NCBI RefSeq assembly: GCF_004010195.1
Contig: NC_057711.1
Span: 77,412,341-77,476,340, forward strand
Reading direction: 5' to 3'
Origin: Chiloscyllium plagiosum
Lineage: Eukaryota
Length of the DNA stretch: 64,000 nucleotides
The notes under the pieces were generated by a model. That model worked only from the letters and a program-made list of their open reading frames with translations, was not told the origin of the DNA and searched no databases. Position 1 is the stretch's first letter; each line of letters starts with the position of its first letter. Below are positions 37,841 through 49,149 of the stretch, in pieces. Position numbers and translations under genes: made by a program.

Positions 37841-37930
37841 CTGAAGAAGGGCTTATGCCCGAAACATCGATTCTCCTGTTCCTTTGATGCTGCCTGACCT
37901 GCTGCGCTTTTCCAGCAACACATTTTTAAG
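37841..37930 (+). mobile_element. ~90-bp PLE pseudo-LTR insertion starting at a hammerhead motif
   Basis: ctgaagaagggcttatgcccgaaacatc at 37841-37868; TSD tat(a/t)ggcccatctga at 37830-37844 and 37931-37945. Confidence 0.8.
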
Positions 37931-38240
37931 TATTGGCCCATCTGATCAAGATCCCATTGTAATCTGCGGTAACCTTCTTCGCTGTCCACTACACCTCCAA
38001 TTTTGGTGTCATCTGTAAATTTACTAACTATACCTCTTATGTTCATATCCTAAACATTTATATAAATGATGAAAAGTCATAGACCCAGCACCGATCCTTG
38101 TGGCACTTCTCTGGCCACAGGCCTCCAGTCTGAAAAACAACCCTCCATCACCATCCTCTGTCTTCTACCTTTGAGCCAGTTCTGTATCCAAATCGTTAGT
38201 TCTCCCTGTATTCCATGAGATCTAACCTGTCTCCTATGGG

Positions 38241-38567
38241 CTTGGAAAGGGTGGAGGCTAGGAAATTGTTTCCGTTAGGCGAGGAGACTAGGACCCGTGG
38301 ACACAGCCTTAGGGAGACATTTCTTCAGCCAGAGAGTGGTGGGCCTGTGGAATTCATTGCCGCTGAGTGCAGTGGAGACCAGGACACTAAATGTCTTCAA
38401 GGCAGAGATTGATAAATTCTTAATGTCACAAGGAATTAAGGGCTACGGGGAGAATGCGGGTAAGTGGAGTTGAAATGCCCATCAGCCATGATTGAATGGC
38501 GGAGTGGACTCGATGGGCCGAATGGCCTTACTTCCACTCCTATGTCTTATGGTATCTTATCGTATCT
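38241..38567 (+). mobile_element. CR1 3' fragment of another family nested in the host CR1 in opposite orientation
   Basis: KLFPLGEETRTRGHSL; tail tcttatggtatcttatcgtatc; possible TSD tatggg at 38235-38240 and 38568-38573. Confidence 0.8.
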
Positions 38568-38784
38568 TATGGGAACCTTGTCAAACGCCTTATTGAAGTC
38601 CATATAGATCACATCCACCACTCTGTCCTCTTCAATCTTCTTTGTTACTTTTTCAAAAAACTCAATCAAGTTCATGAGACATGATTTCGCACACACAAAG
38701 CCATGTTGACTATTGCTCATTAGTCCTTGCCTTTCCAAATATGTGTAAATCTTGTCCCTTAGGATTCCCTCCAACAACTTGCCC

Positions 38785-39066
38785 TCTATCTCCACCAGGG
38801 ACCCGGGTTCAAATCCTGACTCAGGCAACTGTCTGTATGGAGTTTGCACATTCTCCTTGTGTCTGCATGGGTTTGCTCCGGTTTCCTCCCACAGTCCAAA
38901 GATGTGCAGGTTAGGTGAATTGGGCATGCTAAATTTCCTGTAGTGTTAGCTCCATTAGTCAGAGGTAAATGTAGGGGAATGGGTCTGGATGGGTTGTTCT
39001 TCGGAGGGTTGGTGTGGACTTGTTGGGCCGAAGGGCCTGTTTCCACACTGTAGGGAATCTAATCTA
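38785..39066 (+). mobile_element. 5'-truncated HE1-type SINE with 9-bp TSD
   Basis: TSD aacttgccc at 38776-38784 and 39067-39075; B box ggttcaaatcc; tail gaatctaatcta. Confidence 0.88.
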
Positions 39067-39548
39067 AACTTGCCCACTTGACATCAGGTTCACCAGTCCA
39101 TAGTTCCCTGTCTTGTCCTTACCATCTTTATTAACTAATCGTACCACATTAGCCAACCTCCAGACTTCCGGCACCTCACCTGACAATATAAATGTCTCAG
39201 CAAGGGGCCCAGCAATCACTTGCCTAGCTTCCCACAGAGTTGTAGGGTATACCTGATCTGGTACTGGGGTGTTATCTACCTTTAGGTGTTTCAAGACGTC
39301 CAGCACTTACTCCTCTGTGATATGGACATTTTTCAAGATGTCACCATCTATTTTCCAACATTTCAAATCTTCCATGTTCTTCTCAGGCTGCCTTGCTGAT
39401 CTTTGAGGGGGCCCTATTCTCTCCCTAGTTACCCTTTTGTCCTTAATGTGTTTGTAAAAACCCTTTGAATTCTCCTTAACTCTATTTGCTAAAGCTATCT
39501 CATGTTCCCTTTTTGCCCTTTTGATTTCCCTCTTAAGCATACTCCTAC

Positions 39549-39714
39549 TGTTTTTATACTCTTCTAAGAATTCACTTGACGTCTCCTGTCTATACCTGAC
39601 ATATGCTTCCTTCTTTTTCTTAACCAAACCCTTGTTTTTATACTCTTCTAAGAATTCACTTGATGTCTCCTGTCTATACCTGACATATGCTTCCTTCTTT
39701 TCTTAACCAAACCC
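39549..39714. repeat. Tandem duplication of an ~84-bp unit inside CR1
   Basis: 39549-39632 and 39633-39714 differ by about one substitution and one T. Confidence 0.9.
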
Positions 39715-40157
39715 TCAATTTCTTTTACTTGTCCAGCATTCCCTACACCTACCAGCCTTTTCTGTCAGCCTAACAGGAATATACTGTCACTGGACTCTCG
39801 TTATCTCATTTTTGAAGGCTTCCCATTTCCCTTTACCTATGAGCATCTGTACCCAATCAGCTTTTGAAATTCCTTGCCTAATACTGTCAAAATTGGCTTT
39901 TCTCCAATTTAGAACTTCAACTGTTAGATGTGGTCTATCTTTTTCCATCACTATTTAAAATCTAATAGAATTATGGTCGCTGGCCCCAAAGTGCTCCCCC
40001 ACTGACACCTCAGTCACCTGCCCTGCCTTATTTCCCAAGAGTCGGTCAAATTTTGCACCTTCTCTAGTAGGTACATCCACATACTGAATCAGAAAAATTT
40101 CTTGTACACATTTAACAAAGTTAAAATCCCCTATCATAACCACCCTATTATTCTTAC

Positions 40158-40455
40158 AGATTAGATTAGATTCTCTACAGTGCGAAAATAGACCCTTTAG
40201 CCCAACAAGTCCACACTGACTGTCCGAAGAGTAACCCATACAGACCCATTCACCTATTCCATACTAATGCACCTATCACTGTGGCAATTTAGCATGGCCA
40301 TTTCATCTTTGGACCGTGGGAGGAAACCGGAGCACCCGGAGGAAGCCCACGCAGACACAGGGAGAATGTGCAAACTCCAAGGTCGCCCAAGGTTGGAATC
40401 GAACCCAGGTCTCTGGCTTTGCAAGGCAGCAGTGCTAACCACTGAGCCACTATGC
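40158..40455 (-). mobile_element. HE1-type SINE nested in CR1
   Basis: Tail agattagattagatt; core ggaaaccggagcacccggaggaagcccacgcagacac; tRNA head at the right end. Confidence 0.88.
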
Positions 40456-41692
40456 TAACTGAAAGCTCCTTACAAATTTGTTTCTCAATTTCCCTCTGAC
40501 TATTAGGGTGTCTATAATACAATCCCAATAAGGTGATCATCCCTTTCTTGTTTCTCAGATCTACCGAAATAAATTCCCTGGATGTATTTCTGGGAATATC
40601 CTCCCTAAGTACAACATTACTGCTATCCCTTCTCAAAAACGCCACTCCCCTCCTCTCTTGCCTCCCTTTCTGTCCTTGCTGTAGCATTTGTATCCTGGAA
40701 CATTAAGCTGCCAGTCCTGTTCATCCCTGAGCCACATTTCTGTAATTGCTATGATATCCCAGTCTCATATTCCTAACCATGCCCTAAGTTCATCTGCCTT
40801 CCCAGTTAAGCCTCTTGCATTGAAATAAATGCAGTTTAATTTATCAGTCCTACCTTGTTCTCTGCTTTGACCCTGCCTGCCCTGACTGTTTGACTCGCTT
40901 CTTTTCTCAACTGTACCAGTCTCAGATTGATCCTTTTCTTCACTATTTCCCTTGGTCCCACTGCTCCCCCCTCCTCCCTGCCCTTATTAGTTTAAATCCT
41001 CCCAATCAGCGTTAGCAAATCTCCCTGCCAGTATATTAGTCCCCTTCCAATTCAGATGCAAACCATCCTTCTTGTACAGGTCACTTCTACCCCAGAAGAG
41101 ATTCCAATGATCCAAAAATGTGAATCCTTTTCCCATACACCAGCTCTTCAGCCACGCATTCATCTGTCCTATCCTCCCAATTGTACCCTCAGTAGCTCAA
41201 AGCACTGGGAGTAATCCAGATATTACTACCCTCAAGGACCTCCTTTTTAAATTCCTGTCTAACTTTTTATGTTCTTTCTTCATCTTTTCCATAGCTAACC
41301 AAAACTTTATCAAATTATGACCTTGTATTTTCTTCACCTTTATGCAATATACTTGTGTTCTTTTGTTAAAGACCATTGTCGCCTTGTGTAATTATGTTTA
41401 GTAATTATATTTACACAAATTTCAAAATTAAAATCTGGACCTATTGGTGGAATAGAATTCTGTTGAATATAAGAAGAATCTGTGAAACTTTCAAGGAAAA
41501 GAGTGTATAGATGACTAGATATAAAGATTGGAGTTATTGTGAATTGTAGTTGGGTTGGACTTCTAAATGATTTTGAATACTATTTTAATTTTTCTGGGAG
41601 TAGAAAACATAACTGCGAATTGTTTGTAATCTTTGACCATTTTTTGGAAACATTAACTGATAAATTGAGAGTAGAAAGGTAAAAAGATAGAA

Positions 41693-42051
41693 GGGCTGGC
41701 TTAATGGCTCAGTGCTAGCACTGTTGCCTTGCAGCACCCAACACCTGGGTTCCATTCCAGCCTTGGTTGACTGTCTGGAATTTGCACATTCTCCCTGTGT
41801 CTGTATGGATTTCCACTGGATGATCTGATTTCCTCCCACAGTCCAAAGATGTACTAATTTGGTGGATTGGCCATGCTAAGTTGTCCCGTAGTGTCCAGTG
41901 ATCTGCAGTTTAAGTGGATTAGCCTTGGGAAAATGCAGAGTTATGGGGTTAGGGCAGGGGTATTGTCTGGGTGCAATGCTCTTTAAAGGTATGGTGCAGA
42001 CTCAATGGGCTGAATGGCTTCCTTCTACACTGTAGGGTTTCTATGATTCTA
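41693..42051 (+). mobile_element. HE1-type SINE (older copy)
   Basis: tggctcagtgctagcactgttgcc head, V-core, tail ctatgattcta. Confidence 0.8.
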
Positions 42052-44072
42052 AATAAAGCAAGATCTTGTAAAGATGAGACGCTGAAAATGATTGCCCAGC
42101 ATTTCCAATTAAAAGCGGGGTGGGCGGAAGCCTGAAATTAAGATGTCACAATAGAATTAGTTAAGATTCAGTTAAATATGCAGACACAGCTGGATCAACA
42201 TCGGAGAAGGAGACATAGGCATCAATCACAAGGGTGGTGACAGTTTGAATTTTCTTGTCCAGGTTAATTTTCAACTTCTTGAATGTATTTGCATCTGTAC
42301 CCTTCTGGGAAGTGGGAAATGTTTATCACATTCTTGGCTTGATAGATGGTGCAGAATTTTGAGCTGTCTGCATGTTATCCATTCATTCTAGAGGACCCTA
42401 AATCTGCCCCCTACTTGAATCCATGTTGTTATGCTTTGTCCAGTTAAGTTACCGATCAATATGAAATGCTAGTATGATCACGGTGGAAGAATTCAACTGT
42501 TGTGATATTGCTAATGTTCAAAGAGTTTTGGGCTTCTGCCATGTAAGGTCATAACTTGACATTTATGTGGTGTGGATGTTACCTGCTATTTGTCAACCCA
42601 AGTGCCTGATCCAAACGGATTGCATCCTTCAGTCCATTTTACAATAATCTATGGAAGACATACAGAGGTTTTATCATTTAAATTTAATAATGAAATTTTA
42701 AAAAGGCTTAATGCCAAATGGCTGATAAATAGAGGAATTTGGAGTGGAATGGGAAAGTTCCAATTGTCGTGGTCCACGTGGGTGCCAACAGTATAAGTAG
42801 AAAGTTGATAGTAGAAAGGTAGATGGAAAAAGGTTCTGCTGAGGGAATATAAGCAGCTTGGGGCTAAATTGAAATGTAGAACCAAAAAGGTAATAATCTC
42901 CAGATTACTACATAAAGCATGGGCTAATTAGCATAGGATCAAGAAGATTAAAAAGCAAAGATTGGTGTAGGAGAAGCAGGTTTGAATTCATGGAGGATTG
43001 ACACCTGGGGAAGGAGGGAGCTATTCCAATAGGACAGCCTCCACCTGAATCATGCTGGGACCACAATCCTGATGAATTTCATAACTAGGGTTGTAGCAAG
43101 GTAGTGGGGTAGGGTGAGTTCAGTTGGACACAAAATTAGAAAATCAAAGTTAAAGAAGGTAAGATTGTAGGTTGATGGGATTGATTGCTACCAGAAAATA
43201 AAAAGGGAGAAAATGTGTGAATGTCATATTGTACCAAGGAACCATAAAAGTATAAGAAAATTCACTTATATAACAAATTTAAAAGGATTGAAGAATTCAG
43301 AATAAGGTAGACAAACTGACAGTGCAAATTGAAGAAAATGAATATGATCTCACAGCCATTGTATAAAAATGGTTACGAGAGAATGTAAATAAACACTCAG
43401 GGATATTTGACCTTTGAAAAGACAGGAGAAATAGAAAAGGTGGTAGTTGGCATTATTAATAAGAGATGAAACAAGGACAGTTGTGAGAGACAATATAGGC
43501 CCAGATGATGGAGACTCCATTTGGGCAGAGGTAAACAGCAAGGTAAAGAAGACATTAGTAGGAATGTACAGACCCCAGAACAATAGCCACTCTATAGGAA
43601 AGGCTATAAATCAATAAATGATGGGAGCAGAGCAATAATTATGGGTGACTTTAATTTTCATGTGTACTGGATTCATCATAGTGGAAAGGGTAGCTATGAT
43701 GATGAGTTCATAAAGTGCATTAGGGATAGTTTCTGACAACAATATATCATGGAGTCAACCAGGGAGCAGGCTACCTTGCATCTGGTCATGGGTAATGAGG
43801 CAAGTTTAATAAACAACCTCAGAGTGAAAAATGCCCTACGAAGTAGTGATCTTAACATGATGAAATTTTATATCCAGTTCACGAGTAAGAAATTTGTGAC
43901 AGAAACAATTGTGTTTAACTTAAATAAAGGCAATTACAGTGAAATGAGGATAGAGTTGGCTAAACATAGCAAGGCAGATAGATTAGCAAGAATGACAGGT
44001 AGGCAAGCAGTGGCAAATATTTAAGGAGGCAATTCAATGTCTCTCAGCAAAACTACATTCCAATGAGGAGGA

Positions 44073-45158
44073 GAAATCAAGGTAAGATCAAGTGTTGCAT
44101 AAAGATTTGTAGCTCAGGTCCTGGTTGTTGTGGTTATGGGCATGTTCGCCAAGTTGGGAACTTAAAATGGAGATGTTTTGTTCCCTGTCTAGGTGACATC
44201 CTCAGTGCTCTGAAGCCTCCTGTGAAGCACAGCTATACTGTGTCCTCTGGAATTTATTTGGTTGCATTCCTGCTGCTTCCAGTTGCCAGTTCAGCCTATT
44301 CATTCTACAGGTCAGTATATTGGGACAAGGACTATGTATTTGTTGATGGAGTCCATGGATAATGCCATGCTTCTAGATATTCTGGTATGTTCTCTGTTTA
44401 GCTTGCCCTATGATCATTGTGTTGACCCAGTCAAATTTGTGGTCCTTGTCACCTGTGTGTATGGCTATTAGGGATAGCTGGTCATGGCATTTAGTGGCTA
44501 GTTGGTGTTCATGGATGCGGATTGCTAATTGTCCTACTGTTATATCCTACGTAGTGTTTTGTGCAGTCTTTGCATGGAATCTTATAAATTACATCAGTCT
44601 TGCACATAATGGATATAGGGTCTTTTGTTCTGGTGGGCTTTTGTCTGCATGTGGCTGTTGGTTTATGGGCTGTCATGAATCTGAGTCATTGGAACAGTAT
44701 GGCTGTTACTTTGGAGACATTCTTTTCTTAAGGTAGCATGGCTAGTGTGTTGGGTCATGGCATGTCCTCATCGTGTTGTTTGTCTGCAGATGATGTTGTG
44801 GGGGTATCCGTTCTTGGTGAAGACTCTGCAGAGGTGTTCTTCTTCTTCACTTCGTGGGTCAGGGGTGCTGCAGTGAGTTGTAGTCCTTTTGAACAGGGCC
44901 CTTATGCAGCTTTCCTTGTGCGTCTTCAGGTGGTTGCTGTTGTAGTTCTTATAGACTGAGACTCATATACCGGTCACTACAATGAACTAGCGGAACTGGC
45001 AACTGGAAGCAGCAGGAACTGAACCAAATAAATTCCAGAAGAGACAGTATAGCAGCACTTCACAGGAGGCTTCAAAGCACTGAAGATGTCACCTCGGCAG
45101 GGGAGAAAACATCTGCAACTCAACGTCCCAGCTTGGCAAACATACCCACAACAAAGGC
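44073..45158 (-). mobile_element. Penelope/Poseidon-type element with GIY-YIG and inverted pseudo-LTRs
   Basis: Minus strand VIYKIPCKDCTKHYVG...LAIRIHEHQLATK...HKFDW...LEAW; inverted repeats ~44128-44290 vs ~44985-45152; weak TSD aggagga at 44066-44072 and 45159-45165. Confidence 0.85.
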
Positions 45159-46184
45159 AGGAGGAAAGATTCTAAGAGAGGGATAAACCATTCATGGCTA
45201 ACCAAGAAAGTTAAGGAGAGTGTAAAGTTGAAAGAAAAAGCATATAAAGAGATCAATGTCAGTGATGCCGTGAAGACTGGGATAAATTCAGAATCCAGCA
45301 AAGGAAGACAAAAAAGATAATAAAGATGGAGAAAATGAGCAATGAAGGCAAACTAGTGAGTAATATAAAAAACTGACAATAAGAGTTTCTTGAAATATAT
45401 AAAAAGGAAAGAGAGAGAGATCAAAGTGAACATAGGCTCCTTAGAAAATGAATCTGGAGAGAGAGTTATGGGGAACAAATAAATGGCAAAGGAGTTCAAC
45501 AGCTATTGTGAATCAATCTTTATGATGCAAGATACTTTGAACACCAAAGAATACAGGGGAGGAATTGAGTAACATCCCCATCATCAAACAAGTAGTAATA
45601 GACAAACTAAGGCAGGCAGGTCCCCTGGCCCAGATGGCTTGCTTCCTCCGAGCCAAAAAGAGGTAGCTACTGAGACAATGGATGCATTAGATGTAATTTT
45701 CCAAATATATTTGGATTCTGGAGAAGAACCAGAGGATTGTAAAACTGCTAATGTGACACCCCTTTCAGAAAGGGAGGAAACACTGAGCAGGGAAGAGGAG
45801 GTCATTTTCAGGTTGGTAACCCGTGATCAATGGGGCTGCACAAGGATCAGTGCTGGGGCCACAATTGTTTAGCGTATGTATTTATGAGGAAGGAAGTGAA
45901 TGTACTGTAGTCAAGTTTGCAGCTGATACAAAAATGTGTGTAAAAGCATTTTGCAAGAGGGATACAAACAGTTTACAGAGAGATATTGATAAACAAGTAA
46001 GCAAAAGGTTTGCAAATGGAGTATAATGTTAAAAAATGTGAGATTGTTTAATTTGGAAGGGAGACCAAAAGAATATTATTCAAATGGTGAAAACTGTAGA
46101 AAGCTGCAACAAAAAAGGGGTTTGGTGGTACTTGGACATGAAACACAGAAAGCTAGCACAGAGGAGCAGCAAGGTTAATGCAGT

Positions 46185-46395
46185 TTTAAAAACTGAAAGA
46201 ACTGCAGATGCTGGAAATCGAAAACAAAAACAGAAATTGCTAGAAAAACTGGCAACATCTGTGGAGAGAAATCAAAGTTAACGCTTCAGGTCCAGTGACT
46301 CTTCTTCAGAATAGTTCAGAACAGAAACGTTTTCTCTACACAGATGCTGCCAGACCGGCTGAGTAGCTCCAGTGATACCTGTTTTTTGTTTGTGG
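46185..46395. mobile_element. ~210-bp fold-back PLE-derived mini element with TSD
   Basis: TSD gg(t/c)taatgcagt at 46173-46184 and 46396-46407; arms are inverted pseudo-LTR pieces (ggcaacatctgtggagagaaa / tttctctacacagatgctgcc). Confidence 0.75.
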
Positions 46396-47171
46396 GGCTA
46401 ATGCAGTGTTGGCTCTTATTTCAAGGGGTTTGGAGTATAAGAGTAGGGAAGTCTTACTGAAACTGTACAAGGTGGTGGTGAGACTACATCTGGACTACAA
46501 TGAGTAGTTTTGGTCTCCTTTTCTAAGGAAAGACATTATTTCATCAAAGGCAGTTCAGAGAATGTTCACGAGCATGATGACCAGTATAGAGGGATTGTCG
46601 TATGAGCAAAGGCTAAACAGATTGGATTTCTCCCCACTGGGGTTTAGAAGAATGAGAGGTGATGTCATTGAAACATATAGGATTCTTAAGGAGTGTGACA
46701 AGGTAAATGCTGAAGTGGTGTTTACCCTCATGGGAGAGTTTAGGACCAGAGGGCATATCTCAGAATAAAGGGGCACCAATTTAAGACTGAGATGAGCACG
46801 AATTTCTTCTCACAGAAAGTTATAAGTCTTTAGTATTTCTTTAAGGCTTTAAGGGCAGAGTCCTTGTGCATCTCTACAGGTGAGAATCAAGAGTTACAAG
46901 TGAGAATCAGTAAGAGAATCAAGAGTTACAAGGAAAATGCAGGAATGTGGAATGAGGAGTGTTGGATTAGTCATGATCCTATTGAATAGTGGAGCATGCT
47001 TGAGGGACCAAATGGACTCCTCCCATTTCTATTTCCTATGGTTTTGTCTTATTGTAAAATTTCCTGGGAATTATCAACTAGTCAGTTTAATGTCAGTGGT
47101 ACATCTAGAAAAATAATTTGTATTATCAATATGCATTTCCAAATGGAATGCTTTGCCACTAATTTATTTTT

Positions 47172-47520
47172 AGGGAGGCAACAGACTAATCGCATTATCA
47201 CTAGATTATTAATCCAAAAACTCACCTAATGCTTTGGGGATGCAGGTTCAAATCCTGCCTCAGCAGATGATAAAATTTGAATTTACTGTTAAAAAATCTG
47301 TAATTAAGAATCTACTGATGACCATGAAATTGTTGGGTCACTAATGTCTTTCAGGGGAGGAAATCTGTCATCCTCACCTGGTCTAATCTAAACATGACCA
47401 CAGCAATGAGGTTGACTCTCAACTGCCTCCTGAAATGGCCTAGCGAGACATTCAGTTCAAGAGCAGCTCGAGACAGGCATAACTTCTGGCCAGCCAGCAA
47501 TGCCCACAAGTGAACAAAAG
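47172..47520 (+). mobile_element. Deu-domain SINE (SacSINE1-like)
   Basis: B box ggttcaaatcc; core ggaaatctgtcatcctcacctggtct...cacagcaatgaggttgactctcaactgcc. Confidence 0.7.
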
Positions 47521-49149
47521 AAAGGAGGCAGTAAAAAGAGTAGACAATGGTAATGCATTAGATATAATTTATCTAGATTTTCAAAAGATCTTCACCATGG
47601 TGCCTCATATTAGATTATGCTAAAGTAGAGAGTGGCATTTAAGGTTAATTATTCAGAGAGACAGAAGGTGGAAAGTGGTTTTCCAGAATAAGTAGTATTG
47701 GCACCACAGCTGTTCACAGTTTACATTAATGATTTTGACTTTGGGATGGAAAGAAAATCTGAAGTGTCTAATGACACCAAACTTGTGAGGGGGAGGGAAG
47801 TAGTCGGTACTGCCAAGAACTATAAGACATTATTGGAGGGCATCAATAATTATGTCAAAGACATCTACTCATTTCTTATCTGACGCACAGTTATTGTATC
47901 ATTTAGATCACGGTTGTGATGAAGTGTGAAACAAAGTTTCTCGAACCCAAAGTAAGTAGGATAAAGCAGGATGATGGTACAGTTAATGATTGACAATGCA
48001 ATGAAAGGCTGCTGTCTAATCAACATTTCTGTCTGAGATTGAACCCTGATTGCAGTACAGACTTTGAACAACATTGAAATGTAAGTTGATTCTGACCGTC
48101 AACTGGACAGCCAAAGATTACTGCGTAAATATTGTTCTGCAATGGCACTCATACATGCAGCATTGAATTTAAAATCCATGTCTTCCAGCTATATATCTCA
48201 TCATGATACTTCAATCCTCTGACTCCAATCCCAAATCCGGCCCCTTTCACCCACTTTATTTATTATCTCTTAAAATCCATTTTGTAATGTCAATTTGTAA
48301 AATTCCTTTGGGCATCTGGTGCAGGTTCTTGTTACTCAGTGACTTACACACAGAATATTTGTTGTTCTGAGGTGGGTGGGGCGCAACTACTGATTACCTC
48401 AAGATCACCGTGAAAGGGAATGGAGTCGGTGCCACCTGTGGAAGGCAAGGCTGGACAGCGTCCTGAACACAATACAAGTATAGGGGAGCTACCAGTAAGC
48501 AAAGTATGGTCGCAGGGATCTGTATGTGACCGTGTATGGGGCTGAGTGATTGCAAAACACATATTTTCATGATTGCTTCGTAAAATGTTAAAAGTCAACC
48601 AATAATCGAGAGACATTTCGGTAGCGCGGATCAATGTTAGCTCACGTTGGTTCCCGGCCACCTCTGCTGTTGTGGTTACAGGAAAATAGACATCACCATG
48701 AAATAAAACAGAAAATATTGGAAGCATACATTCACTGCTGTAGTAACTGAAAAGAGAAATGTCTGGTTTGCGATTGGTTAACGTATCTTACAGAGTCCTT
48801 TCTTCAGAGCCACAGTGTCTTTCTATCTCGACCTTTAATTTGGTTTTGCGGTTCTTTGTTAATTGTTTGTGGCGATTTGAATGGATGTTCACAGTTTTTA
48901 ATTTCTGTTTACAGTTTATGAAGGTTCTGGGAGTTGGGGTGCCCTGGTTTTGCAGTCTTTCCTGCATAACCAACAGCTCAGAGTGGATTTCCTTTTGGGT
49001 GTAGCTGGTGAAGCGGGAGAGGACCACAGTATCCCTGCTGTTCCTACACCCTTCGACCATTGGTGAGTTTGGATTTGCCAAAATACCACACTTCCATTTT
49101 CCAAATGTTTTGCAGTTAATAGGACCGCAGGCTTGAATTTTACCAAGAA

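Larger units (their letters stand above)
34712..41270 (-). mobile_element. Near-full-length CR1 LINE (ORF1 esterase remnant + ORF2) hosting five nested insertions
   Basis: 3' tail at ~34712-34730; ORF2 motifs resume across each insertion (LERVQKRFTRML, KFTDDTKIGG, SQHGFVC, KREHEIALA, GLYYRHPNS); ~41020-41110 on the minus strand reads DLYKKDGLHLNWKGTNILAGRFA (SGNH esterase-type CR1 ORF1). Confidence 0.9.
42830..47050 (+). mobile_element. Older long CR1 LINE (ORF1 remnant, EN, RT) with nested PLEs
   Basis: LHLNHAGT (~43040), STREQATLHLVMGNE, SPGPDG-type motif, AQGSVLGPQLF, KFAADTK, GLSYEQRLNRL; 3' tail ~47030-47050. Confidence 0.8.

Noticed and set aside
1..48000. Exons of expected neighbours such as PRUNE2
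   Set aside because: I recognised no such coding exon. Small exons could be missed by eye, so absence is not proven.
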